Below are positions 21,326 through 31,334 of a stretch of 64,000 nucleotides of DNA, piece after piece (within the stretch, counting starts at the first letter, position 1; each line of letters starts with the position of its first letter). The notes under the pieces were generated by a model, which searched no databases, was not told where the DNA came from, and was given only the letters and a program-made list of their open reading frames with translations. This DNA is from a virus, in the IMG/VR virus record IMGVR_UViG_3300035670_000024; one strand, written 5' to 3'. The translations under genes and the position numbers were made by a program.

Positions 21326-24300
21326 TTACCCCACAGACAATAAATCTATAACCGGATTACCGTAAGATTTTTTAGAAGGCATATTAATTATACTCGTAGA
21401 TTTTTGAACAACATTCATTCCACCTGAAGAAGGTCTAGGAATATAATTGTAAACTACTTTATCAGGAGCATTTTCAGAATATTCAGGTACAATTTCTTCC
21501 AGTATTTTAATTAATGATTGTTTTGCATTTGACAACTGAGACTTGTTTTCCACTTCATTGATAATATCCATAAAATTTATTCCAAAAGTGTCTACAGAGT
21601 CTTTATCAATTATAAATTCTCCTGGATGTACTTTTGTTAGTCCTTCATTAACTGGACCTCCACCAAACTTACCAGCAGATCCCATTTTTTGTTTAATCAT
21701 ATTACGCATTTTATCACCACCACTTCCAGGTGAATCACCTTGTCTTAACTTAAATAAATCCCATCTAGATCCATCGCCACCCCAAGCAACAGGTCCGTGA
21801 TTATCAGGATCTGACTTAGCACCTTGAGACCATAATGCTGGACTATTTTTTATTCCATCTTTCATTGAACCCACTTCAGCATGAGTTGCAACATTTCTAA
21901 CATTAACCATTGATGGCGACCATCCCCAGGCTTTTGCAAGATTAGCAGCTTCTTGTGCCATTGCTTCATATTGCCTTTGAGTTGGAGTCTGTGATCCATA
22001 ATTATTGAGATCAACACCCGCGCCTCCCATTCCTGCTACAGCCAATCCAACTCCTAAACTATTCCTATATGCAGTGTGTCCTTCTGGTGTATTAAATTGA
22101 CTATATGGTGTTCTTTGATATTTTTTTCCATCCTCAGTAAAAATAGCATGATATTTTCTTTCATATCCATATGGATTATTTCTAGCCGCAGCATTCCAGT
22201 GTAAATAGATTTTACCTTTTTTACCAACGGGACCTAATGCTTCTGGATTTGTTGGAGTGTTTATTCCATTAGGATCCGGAATATTATCATCATCACAAGA
22301 ACAATCAGATACACTTCCTGCGGGAGAGGATGATGCTAAAGTTGTTGGAGATGCATTAGAAGGACTTGACGATGCTCCAAAATTAGGAACTGGAGCAACC
22401 TTAGTTCCTTTATAATTATAATGCCATCCAAAAACATTTGATCTAGAACTTCTGCTAATTCCAGAAACTCCTTGACCTTGCGCCTTAAAATCTGTTCTTC
22501 CTTGAATAAAACTTCTAGCACTAGCTTGTCTAGATGGATTTAACAATGTAGCAGCGACACTTTTCATAGTTTCTACCGATAACCCAGATGCAGCAGCTGC
22601 AGAAGCAGCATCTGTAATTGTAAACCACTGTCTATTTGGTCTACCTCTAGAACCCATACTCGGATATCGCCATGTTGGTTCATATTGCCATGCTGCAGTA
22701 ATTAAATCCTTTATAGTTCTTCCCGAGTATGCCCCAGAAGCAACACGATTATAAATTGACTGTGCAACATCAGCAGATCCTTGTGGATCTGCATCTTCCC
22801 TTGAAGCAACAGCAACAAGTGTCCAAAAATCTGCACTGCCTCCTTGAATATTTGCAGATCCTCCAGTGTCCTCGGGACAAATACAATCATCACCCTCAGT
22901 TTTTGTACTACCACCAGTAGATTTTATTTTTTCCAACATCAACTGTTGCATAAGATCTGATCTGATCTTAGACATTTCTTTTGTCGTAAGTTCTTCAACA
23001 GATTTTGAAACTATTTTTTCAATGTCAAATTTTTCTATCTTAAAGTCATCAGAAAATGCACCTTCATCATAAGCTTTATTTAAAAATGAATCAAATCCTT
23101 GACCAATACTTTTATAATAACCATAATCTACAGTATCACCCATCATTACTTTCAATGGCATTGCCAATAATGGACCAATGAAAGGAACACTCGCAAAACG
23201 ATAGTAACTATGAGACAAAAATCCAAAAGAATTCATTGTCTCTTCTTTTTTCTGTGGTCCAGTTCCTTCAGGAGATCTTATGTCTGATGGTTCTGGAAAA
23301 ACTTTTTTAATTTGTTTAGTACCTCCAGTAATACTTCCCTGCCTTAATTTTGCAGGTTTTGGTATTACTCTTCTTTTTGGTTTTTTAATTTTTAGTTCTC
23401 TTTTTGGTATCTCACTTTGATATTGACCCCCACGAGTTGTTCCACCACTTACATAACCTCTAATTACTCCTCCACTATTCCATCCAAATAAACCTTTAGA
23501 TTTATTTTGAGAAGAACTTTTTGTTCCTTTATTTTTAAATAGAGCATCATATAATGCGCCACCGGCTTGATCTCCTAACCAACCACCGGCAAATCCAGTT
23601 AATAGTGCAAAAGGTCCTCCCAATGCTGCACCAACTGCACCTAATAGTGTAGCACCTATTGCCTTAAATGCCGCTCTACCTGGATCTTCACCTAAAGCAA
23701 CAGAGAGTCCAAAGTCCAATAAACCACCAATAATTGGAAGTTTCTTAGTAAATGGTTTTAAAAACTTAAGAGTTGTTTTTGCTCCACCTTTTCCCGCAAG
23801 ACCAACAAATGCATTTCTTGCTAAATTAGTAGCACCAGATCTTGCATACTTACCACCTAAAGAACGAACTCCTTCTCTACCAAATCTTTTTATTGCAGCA
23901 TCTTTTCCAAATCTTTGAGCATATCTTCTTGCTGCTTGATTAGATGTACTAGGTACACCACTTGGTTTTCCTTTAATGCCTTGAGGAATATCAGTATCAT
24001 AACCTCCCACACCACCACTTAATGCAAGATCAGCGAACAACATACCCGCAATAAGGGTATATTGTATCATATCTTGGAATTTACCCATAAAATCTTCAAA
24101 CTTTTTGGCAGTATCTTTACCACCAATTTTTTCAAAGACTTTTACAGTATTATCGTATGCTGAATATCCCCAATCAATAAAAGTAACTAATCCATCTAAG
24201 AGTTTTCCACCCCAATCAATAATACCATCCATTACTCCATTGATTATTGGAATCAACTTAGCAAGTGTTGGTAAGTTATCAATTAGACGAACAAAAATAA

Positions 24301-24667
24301 ATCCAAGAACAACATTAGTAATGAAATTAGTCAACCATCCAAATATCCCCAATTTAGGTTTTATTGGAATGATGTTCTTATTTTTTTCTTTTTTTGGTTT
24401 TTTCTTTTCTAAATTTTCTTCTTTTTTTCTAAATCTATCAATTTCGCTAGATCTTATTTTCTTCTTATTTTCATTCTTTTTAAATGTTAAAAAACTTTTT
24501 AATAAATCATCAATCTTAATAACTCTTTTTTCAATTTTTAAAACTACATTTGATTCATTTGATTTAATCTTAGTAGTTTTCTTTCCAATATTATTTTTTG
24601 CAGAAAAAAATTTATCTGCTTTTATAATTTGATTATTTTTATTAATATTGGAATCTAAAAGTTTCAT
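21326..24667 (-). CDS. Tape-measure/tail-associated protein, paralog 2 (SleB-like hydrolase and amidase-like domains)
   Basis: VASRED..QGSADVAQSIYNR...WQYEP; IYLHW...YHAIF...HTAYRNS...ATHAE. Confidence 0.6.
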   Translation of the reverse strand: MKLLDSNINKNNQIIKADKFFSAKNNIGKKTTKIKSNESNVVLKIEKRVIKIDDLLKSFLTFKKNENKKKIRSSEIDRFRKKEENLEKKKPKKEKNKNIIPIKPKLGIFGWLTNFITNVVLGFIFVRLIDNLPTLAKLIPIINGVMDGIIDWGGKLLDGLVTFIDWGYSAYDNTVKVFEKIGGKDTAKKFEDFMGKFQDMIQYTLIAGMLFADLALSGGVGGYDTDIPQGIKGKPSGVPSTSNQAARRYAQRFGKDAAIKRFGREGVRSLGGKYARSGATNLARNAFVGLAGKGGAKTTLKFLKPFTKKLPIIGGLLDFGLSVALGEDPGRAAFKAIGATLLGAVGAALGGPFALLTGFAGGWLGDQAGGALYDALFKNKGTKSSSQNKSKGLFGWNSGGVIRGYVSGGTTRGGQYQSEIPKRELKIKKPKRRVIPKPAKLRQGSITGGTKQIKKVFPEPSDIRSPEGTGPQKKEETMNSFGFLSHSYYRFASVPFIGPLLAMPLKVMMGDTVDYGYYKSIGQGFDSFLNKAYDEGAFSDDFKIEKFDIEKIVSKSVEELTTKEMSKIRSDLMQQLMLEKIKSTGGSTKTEGDDCICPEDTGGSANIQGGSADFWTLVAVASREDADPQGSADVAQSIYNRVASGAYSGRTIKDLITAAWQYEPTWRYPSMGSRGRPNRQWFTITDAASAAAASGLSVETMKSVAATLLNPSRQASARSFIQGRTDFKAQGQGVSGISRSSRSNVFGWHYNYKGTKVAPVPNFGASSSPSNASPTTLASSSPAGSVSDCSCDDDNIPDPNGINTPTNPEALGPVGKKGKIYLHWNAAARNNPYGYERKYHAIFTEDGKKYQRTPYSQFNTPEGHTAYRNSLGVGLAVAGMGGAGVDLNNYGSQTPTQRQYEAMAQEAANLAKAWGWSPSMVNVRNVATHAEVGSMKDGIKNSPALWSQGAKSDPDNHGPVAWGGDGSRWDLFKLRQGDSPGSGGDKMRNMIKQKMGSAGKFGGGPVNEGLTKVHPGEFIIDKDSVDTFGINFMDIINEVENKSQLSNAKQSLIKILEEIVPEYSENAPDKVVYNYIPRPSSGGMNVVQKSTSIINMPSKKSYGNPVIDLLSVG

Positions 24668-27420
24668 GTTACATTAATACCCAATTGTCTTTTTGATTGT
24701 GCCAGTGCAGATGAACCGGGAATTGAAGCAGAAACTGGTGGAAGTTTACCCATAGATACATTTCCACTTCCTCCACCATTAGAACTTTTTGGTGGTTGAG
24801 TTACCATTGAAGATACTGTAATAGATGGTCTTGATGATGGAGGATTTACTGGGGAATTCCTAGTTTGATTTCTTGACAATTGAGGTAATTTATTTTCATA
24901 TCCTCCTTTTACAGGATTAAAACTTGAATTCAAATTCATTTGATCATTTTGATCTTTTGGAATTATTTGATCTTTTGGAATTATTTGAATCTTTTTTTCT
25001 CCTGGAATAATTTCTTCTCCTTCTTGAACACGAAATGGAGGATAAATTTCTCCTGGATTTTTGGAAGGAGAAGGAGGAATATACAGATTATCTGGTCCAG
25101 ATAATTGTTCACCATTTGGACCAATTTTAGATCCACTATTCTTTCCAATTATTCCATTAGGGATCATTCTTTGGCTTCTTAAGGCATTATCAACCAGTCT
25201 CGCTATTGCTTGTTCCTTTGCCTTTGCAATTTGATCTGGAGTTGGAGGACTTATTAATGTGGTTCCATCTCCTTGCTGTCTTTGCTGTTCCATATATTCC
25301 CTATAAGTCCTAGGAAATTCCCGTTCAACTAGGGCTCTTGCCCTTCTTCTCAATTCTTCTATGCTCATTGGACTAAGTTGCCCTCCATCCTGAAACTGGA
25401 ATAAATTAGGGCCCCACAAACTAGGTAAAGGTTTATTTTTACCTGAAGGTTTATTTTTACCTGAAGGTTTAGTTGTATTTGAAGTTTGTTTAGAAACTTG
25501 AGATACTACATTTGGTGTTGGAGCAGGAGAATTTAATTTTGCATTATAAAACCATCCATGAAAATTATAATTCTTTCCTCTTGTAATATCACCCTTATCA
25601 GGTTTCATGTAAGGTTTTTGACTTTCACCCATAAAATCAGTTCTACCACCAACAAAACCTTTTGCATTTTGCTGTAATGCTGGGTTTGTTATAGATTTGA
25701 CTGCCATATTCAGTTTATCTTTACCAACAGCAGCTTCTGCAGATTTTTGATCTTTTATTGCAGAAAAAGCACCAAAATTATCTCTTACTGGTTGATATTG
25801 CCATGCACCAGAGGCATCTCTACCCATTATAATTCCACTAATAGATTTCCCCCCAGGATAAGCACCAGTTGCTGCTCTATTATAAATTGACTGAGCAACA
25901 TCTGCTTGACCTTGAGGATTTTGAGCATCTTCTTTAGCAGATAGCGCAGCCAATTTCCAAAATTCTGGAGAATTACTTACTAATCCACCACCGGCACGAT
26001 GTTGAACATTTTGTACAATTTTAGGTACATTAGTTCCTCCACCAGCAGCATTCATGGATTCTAAAGTGTCCACACCATATTTTTGAACAGCACCTTTTGA
26101 CATTACAAACTCACCATCAGTAAGCATTGCTGGTACTTTGTCAGTTCCTTTTTTACCAGACACCAATCCTTGGAACATTTTAGGAACCTGTCCCATTCCC
26201 ATACTCATCAATAGTCCAAGTGGGCCTAATGCCCCCATTCCAACTTTACCTAAAAGTTTACCAAGATCTGCTAAACCACCCCCAGCGGCATTCAATGTTG
26301 AGAATTTTGGTTCATCAGGAACATCAATATTAACAGGATTTAGTGATTGAGTATCTTCTTTATCATCACCCATTAAGGAATCAATACCTTTATCAATAGC
26401 AAATCCTGTTAGTAAAGTTCCTCCAACTGCCAATCCAGTGTTTAATAAAGCACCTTTCCATCCACCACCTTTTCTTCCTCCAGAAAGTGCTCCTGCTGTC
26501 TTTAAACCTTTACCTTTTGCAATAGCAGCAATTAATTTGGCAATGATTTTTCCAAAACCAATTGCACCTTTAAGAGCAATTTTAACTACTGTTCTTGCTA
26601 GTTTACCAAAAGATGTTCCAAAAATAATATAAGCAGCCAACATTGTCGGCCACCAATCTTTGAAGAACCGAACAATACTACTAATTTTATCTTTGTTTTT
26701 TGGATCAGAAAACCAATCAAGAAGTTTTAAAACAACCTTTCCAAGAAAAACATTCCACAAAAAATTTAAAATATAATCCCAAATTGATTGGAATGGTGCC
26801 ATCATTTTTTTGACGGCAGACTTAATTCCATCAAATACTTTGGATTCTAAAGATTCTTCTCTCTTTTTTCTTCTCGCATTTTCTGCACCTTTCTTTTGCC
26901 TTTCACTTTCTTTTTTATTTTCTTTATTTAAATCAGTAAGAGTTTGAATAATAGAATCTAATCTTTCTATAATTCTATCTAATGGATCACTTTTCTTAGA
27001 AACTTTCTCTGTAATATCTTTTACATTTACAGATTGAACATAATTCTGATAGAAAAATTTATCTGCTGTTATTTTTCCTTTTTTAGATTTAACAATTGAT
27101 CCTGTTTTTGGAGGTGCTCCTCCTCCAGCACCAGTAGGCCCTCCAGATGGTGGTGGAGGAGAAGAAACTTTTGCTTTTTTCTGATTTATTTTAAATCTAC
27201 CTTTATCTATTAATTTTTTAATTCTTTTAAGTTCATCTCTTAAAAGTTTGCTTTCTTCTGCTGGAAGTTTTTTTCCTCCAATCCCATCAATTGCTAACCT
27301 ATTTAAAATATTTTTAAAATAAGTCTGGTAGTCCATTTCAGTACCAACCTTCAAATTGAGTAATCTAATAATTACTCCATCAATAGTTTCTTTGTTAATA
27401 CTTCCTGGATTACCAGCCAT
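24664..27420 (-). CDS. Tape-measure/tail-associated protein, paralog 1 (SleB-like hydrolase domain)
   Basis: Follows gp51; GTDKVPAMLTDGEFVM; SAKED..QGQADVAQSIYNR...WQYQP. Confidence 0.6.
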   Translation of the reverse strand: MAGNPGSINKETIDGVIIRLLNLKVGTEMDYQTYFKNILNRLAIDGIGGKKLPAEESKLLRDELKRIKKLIDKGRFKINQKKAKVSSPPPPSGGPTGAGGGAPPKTGSIVKSKKGKITADKFFYQNYVQSVNVKDITEKVSKKSDPLDRIIERLDSIIQTLTDLNKENKKESERQKKGAENARRKKREESLESKVFDGIKSAVKKMMAPFQSIWDYILNFLWNVFLGKVVLKLLDWFSDPKNKDKISSIVRFFKDWWPTMLAAYIIFGTSFGKLARTVVKIALKGAIGFGKIIAKLIAAIAKGKGLKTAGALSGGRKGGGWKGALLNTGLAVGGTLLTGFAIDKGIDSLMGDDKEDTQSLNPVNIDVPDEPKFSTLNAAGGGLADLGKLLGKVGMGALGPLGLLMSMGMGQVPKMFQGLVSGKKGTDKVPAMLTDGEFVMSKGAVQKYGVDTLESMNAAGGGTNVPKIVQNVQHRAGGGLVSNSPEFWKLAALSAKEDAQNPQGQADVAQSIYNRAATGAYPGGKSISGIIMGRDASGAWQYQPVRDNFGAFSAIKDQKSAEAAVGKDKLNMAVKSITNPALQQNAKGFVGGRTDFMGESQKPYMKPDKGDITRGKNYNFHGWFYNAKLNSPAPTPNVVSQVSKQTSNTTKPSGKNKPSGKNKPLPSLWGPNLFQFQDGGQLSPMSIEELRRRARALVEREFPRTYREYMEQQRQQGDGTTLISPPTPDQIAKAKEQAIARLVDNALRSQRMIPNGIIGKNSGSKIGPNGEQLSGPDNLYIPPSPSKNPGEIYPPFRVQEGEEIIPGEKKIQIIPKDQIIPKDQNDQMNLNSSFNPVKGGYENKLPQLSRNQTRNSPVNPPSSRPSITVSSMVTQPPKSSNGGGSGNVSMGKLPPVSASIPGSSALAQSKRQLGINVT

Positions 27421-27595
27421 TACTTTGTTGTTGTTTTTGTTTGGTTTCTTCTTCTTCTAAATGTTGTTTCAAAAGTAGGACATAAACATCCCTTTCCCAA
27501 GGCATCATGTTTTCAATCTCAGTTAATGAATATTTATGATATTGCATTAACGAAAAGTTTAGACGAAAATAATTTTCAAGATCCATATGGATCAT
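27410..27595 (-). CDS. gp51: Baseplate hub assembly catalyst gp51-like
   Basis: NFSLMQYHKYSLTEIENMMPWERDVY motif, directly after gp26. Confidence 0.8.
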   Translation of the reverse strand: MIHMDLENYFRLNFSLMQYHKYSLTEIENMMPWERDVYVLLLKQHLEEEETKQKQQQSNGW

Positions 27596-27597
27596 TG

Positions 27598-28317
27598 CTA
27601 GACGAAAAAACTGGATAACCCTTCTATAACTACTTCACTTTCAACATCAGTGTTTGGATTCTTCACTTTAATAGTGTGAGATAATTTAGGCATGGTTTCA
27701 AAGAATTTTTCAATTTGCTTAAATTGACTGGTATTCATTTGATCCAAAAATTCCATCAATTCCTTTTTAGTCACATCAGCAGTTGCCCATACTTCTTCCT
27801 CATTGTAAATTTTATCAACACAAGAAGCAATGAGATCAAATGATTGATCTAATGCATTGTTATTTGAAATATCAAAATTACTCTTGATAAATTGATCCAA
27901 TGAAGGATATTTCATTTCCATCATTAAACTATCATCAAGTTTAATCTTGTTATCATGATCATCATTTTTTCTAACTTTAATGTCATCAACATTAATTTTT
28001 ACAGATACATTAGTTTCATTGTCATCTGGACAAATTATGTTGACTTCAATTTCTTCTCCAACTGATTTGGCACGAATATTTAAAAATAGATACTCAATGT
28101 CAAAAGTAGGAAGTGTTTCTACTTTAATTCCTTTTGTTTCTATGCAATTTTTAATCACAGTTTTAATCGCATTAGTAATCTGTTTTGTATCTTCTGATTC
28201 TAATGCAATGACTAAAAGTTTTTCTTCTTTTACTAGGAATGGTCTATACTTTATAGTTTCTCCTGTTGATGGCAATTCCAACTCATATGTTGGGGTAGCA
28301 ATTTTAGGTAAAGGCAT
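27598..28317 (-). CDS. gp26: Baseplate hub subunit gp26
   Basis: MPLPKIATPTYELELPS..IKYRPFLVKEEK..FDIEYLFLNIRAKSVGE. Confidence 0.9.
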   Translation of the reverse strand: MPLPKIATPTYELELPSTGETIKYRPFLVKEEKLLVIALESEDTKQITNAIKTVIKNCIETKGIKVETLPTFDIEYLFLNIRAKSVGEEIEVNIICPDDNETNVSVKINVDDIKVRKNDDHDNKIKLDDSLMMEMKYPSLDQFIKSNFDISNNNALDQSFDLIASCVDKIYNEEEVWATADVTKKELMEFLDQMNTSQFKQIEKFFETMPKLSHTIKVKNPNTDVESEVVIEGLSSFFV

Positions 28318-28345
28318 AATCTCCTTATAATAAACTCAGATACTT

Positions 28346-28353
28346 TATTTATA
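28346..28353 (-). promoter_or_regulatory. T4-type late promoter TATAAATA (gp26)
   Basis: Exact consensus about 30 nt upstream of the gp26 start. Confidence 0.75.
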
Positions 28354-28356
28354 GGG

Positions 28357-29298
28357 TTAAAATAGAGGTGTTGGATTTCTTAGATTTGAACTATTCCAAG
28401 GGCGAGGTTGTCTAGTTCCACCATTTGTACCATCACCACCTAAATATGAACTATTCCAAAGGCGAGGTTCTCTAGTTGGATTTGGAGTATTAAGTTGAGT
28501 ATTTGCAGATTGATTAAGAGTATTTGGAGATTGGTTTCTAAGAAGTTGAGAATTAAAATTAGCTTGTTGTTGTGGATTTAATGGAGCATTTGGTGTTGGA
28601 ACTCCTGGTGGAGTAGATTGTCTTGGTTCTGTATTAGGAACAGAAGTTGTGGGGGGAGTAGAAGGAGTATTGGGTACTTGAGTACCACTAATCCAATAGC
28701 GGGTATATGCAAAAGAAACAGTACATTTTAACAATTGAGAACTATCATAAGAAACTTGCATTGAGTTTATACTAATTGGAAATGCATTCACAAAATTATA
28801 TGTGAGTTGTGGACTAGGGATACTTCTCTCAAACTTAGTAATTGAAATGCCCTCTCTTGTAATATAAGTATCAGGATAACTAACTCTATAAAAATAATTT
28901 TTATCTCTTATATTTTCATATTGTTCATTAGCAGCAAGTCCCATCCATGCCTCAAATAATCTTATTACATAATATTCTCTAGCATCCACATAAAAACTAA
29001 AATCTGCCCTATCATCATATAAACGACGATATACATGTTTTTCGGAAACTCCAGTAAAATCATTATTAATGTCATGAGTTGCCAATGTTGATCCTGGTAA
29101 AGAAGCTTCAAAACAAGCAAGTGATACAAAATCAGATGTTTTCAATGGATTTATCTGTAATCTTGAATTTATAAACCCACTATCTGATCCTCCAGGAATC
29201 TTAAAATTACAAAGATAATGAGAAGTAAGAGCAGGTCTTAATAATTTTTCTCTTATACCTCTAACATTTATGCCATTTGATGATGCTACACTAGACAT
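28357..29298 (-). CDS. Tail-tube-like baseplate protein (gp54-like)
   Basis: CFEASLPGS, FYVD, FEAWM, NAFPISI..LLKCTVSFAY motifs; divergent from gp4. Confidence 0.6.
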   Translation of the reverse strand: MSSVASSNGINVRGIREKLLRPALTSHYLCNFKIPGGSDSGFINSRLQINPLKTSDFVSLACFEASLPGSTLATHDINNDFTGVSEKHVYRRLYDDRADFSFYVDAREYYVIRLFEAWMGLAANEQYENIRDKNYFYRVSYPDTYITREGISITKFERSIPSPQLTYNFVNAFPISINSMQVSYDSSQLLKCTVSFAYTRYWISGTQVPNTPSTPPTTSVPNTEPRQSTPPGVPTPNAPLNPQQQANFNSQLLRNQSPNTLNQSANTQLNTPNPTREPRLWNSSYLGGDGTNGGTRQPRPWNSSNLRNPTPLF

Positions 29299-29330
29299 CT
29301 AACTAAATATTCGTTGATTATAAAATATTT

Positions 29331-29780
29331 ATGGCGAAAGAAGGGAAATATCATCAAGGAAGATTTCGCCCAAGAAATCCAGAAAAATATAAAGGAGATG
29401 TAAACAATATTATTTACAGATCTTCTTGGGAATTAAAGTTTCTTCAATGGTGTGATCGTAATGAGAATATTTTAGAATATGGATCTGAAGAATTTTTTAT
29501 TCCATACTTTGATCATACTACTGGAAAAATTAGAAGGTATTTTCCAGATGCTTATGTAAAAGTTAAAGAATCTAGTGGAAATATTAAAAAATATATTATT
29601 GAAATTAAACCACTTCGTCAAACAAAACCACCAGTTCCAGGTAAAAAGAAAAAGCAAACTTTAATTACCGAAGCACTTACCTACGAAAAAAATTGTGCAA
29701 AATGGAAAGCGGCTGAAGAATGGTGTAAAGATAGAATGATGGAATTCAAAATTATCACAGAACGAGAATTACAGTTATAA
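29331..29780 (+). CDS. gp4: Head completion nuclease gp4
   Basis: NPEKYKGD..IIYRSSWE..WCD..RRYFPD..IEIKP..KWKAA..FKIITE. Confidence 0.9.
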   Translation: MAKEGKYHQGRFRPRNPEKYKGDVNNIIYRSSWELKFLQWCDRNENILEYGSEEFFIPYFDHTTGKIRRYFPDAYVKVKESSGNIKKYIIEIKPLRQTKPPVPGKKKKQTLITEALTYEKNCAKWKAAEEWCKDRMMEFKIITERELQL

Positions 29781-29783
29781 ATA
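29776..29783 (+). promoter_or_regulatory. T4-type late promoter TATAAATA (gp48)
   Basis: Exact consensus upstream of gp48. Confidence 0.7.
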
Positions 29784-29865
29784 AAGAATAAAGAACTTCT
29801 ATTTTAATGTTGGATAAAAAGAAAACAACTTGGATTCTTACATTCTCGGTTAGGAGGGAGTTCTA

Positions 29866-31332
29866 ATGGCAGAAAGAAGAAATTCACCAATAATAACAGT
29901 AAAACAACCTTATAGAACTAGTGATGGTACACTTCTATATCTTGGAACCTCCACAGAAGTTCAAAGAGATGCAAATGGAAAGTATGTACCTGGAAGTGCT
30001 GTAACTAGTTTAAGATTATATGATACAACATTTTCTCCTCTTGGAACTGATTTTAAAACAGTAGCAACAAGAAAAGCAGGAGAACCTTGGACATTTACTC
30101 AAGGTGCAGATGGAAAACCTATTGCTGGATCAGACTTACAAAAAACTTTATCAAATCAAAATTCATTATTAAACAAAAATTTAAATAATAATATTACTAC
30201 TGCACTGGGAGCTCCTTTACAAGGTGTTCCTGCAGGAGAAGTAAATAAGAATACAAAACAAGATGCTAACAAAGCAACAGGTCTGAATCAAAATACTGCA
30301 AAAAATGAAGAAAACACCGGAAATGCATCCAATACTTCTACTGCAGGAGCTGGATCAACAGATCCAAAAGTAACACAACAACAATTAAATAATTTAGTAA
30401 TTGGTAGATCTGATATAAGAAAACCAACTGAATATCAAAATTTAGTATATCCAACAGATCTAGAATCAAGCAGACAAGATATCATTCAATTTACAATGAG
30501 TGAATATGTGCCAAAACAATTAAATACAAATGTAGTACAACAATTGGAAAGTGGAATATCTCAAGAATCTTTCCTTGGAGATAGATCTAAATCTATACGA
30601 GCAGGTCAAGCAAAAGTATCTGGAGGAAGAGTAACTTTACCAATTCAACCTACAATTTCAGATTCAAATGCAGTAGTTTGGAATGATCAAACAATTAATC
30701 CATTTCAAGCAGCTGTAGGTTCTTTTGCATCCAGTCTTATTGAAGGAAATACTAATCTTGAAGGTTCATCAGATTCTAAAACAAACCAAGATCAGCAATC
30801 TCGTAATGCTCTTAGAGAATTTATAGGAAAATATCTTGCTGGAGAAGCTGCAGGAGGAGAAGGTCAACAACTTTTTACAAGAACAACTGGAGCAGTTCTT
30901 AATCCAAACTTAGAACTTCTTTTCACTGGGCCATCTCTTCGTTCATTTAATTTCACATTTACTATGTCAGCAAGAGAACAAAGCGAAGCAGTAACAATAA
31001 AACAAATTATAAGATTTTTTAAACAAGGAATGTCTGTTAAAAGAGCAGAGTCTTCATTGTTTTTAAAAACTCCACATGTTTTTGATATTAAATATGTTTA
31101 CAGAGGAAATGGACAAAATGAAGTTCATCCTTGGTTGAATACTTTTAAAACATGTGCTTTAACAAATTGTAGTGTCAATTATACACCAGCAGGAAGTTAT
31201 GCAACATTTACTGATGGTGCAATGACGCAATATGATCTCAGTTTAACATTCACAGAACTTGAACCAATCTATGATGATGATTATACTCGTAATGTTCCAA
31301 ATGGAAATGCTGATACTCACATAGGTTACTAA
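29866..31332 (+). CDS. gp48: Baseplate tail-tube cap gp48
   Basis: NPNLELLFTGPSLRSFNFTF..IIRFFK..CALTNCSVNYTP..LTFTELEPI. Confidence 0.85.
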   Translation: MAERRNSPIITVKQPYRTSDGTLLYLGTSTEVQRDANGKYVPGSAVTSLRLYDTTFSPLGTDFKTVATRKAGEPWTFTQGADGKPIAGSDLQKTLSNQNSLLNKNLNNNITTALGAPLQGVPAGEVNKNTKQDANKATGLNQNTAKNEENTGNASNTSTAGAGSTDPKVTQQQLNNLVIGRSDIRKPTEYQNLVYPTDLESSRQDIIQFTMSEYVPKQLNTNVVQQLESGISQESFLGDRSKSIRAGQAKVSGGRVTLPIQPTISDSNAVVWNDQTINPFQAAVGSFASSLIEGNTNLEGSSDSKTNQDQQSRNALREFIGKYLAGEAAGGEGQQLFTRTTGAVLNPNLELLFTGPSLRSFNFTFTMSAREQSEAVTIKQIIRFFKQGMSVKRAESSLFLKTPHVFDIKYVYRGNGQNEVHPWLNTFKTCALTNCSVNYTPAGSYATFTDGAMTQYDLSLTFTELEPIYDDDYTRNVPNGNADTHIGY

Positions 31333-31334
31333 AA

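Noticed and set aside
24940-25470. Short perfect duplications (QIIPKD x2, KPSGKN x2) in the 918-aa tail protein
   Set aside because: Slippage in low-complexity linkers, with no sign of a dedicated diversification mechanism such as a reverse transcriptase or invertase.
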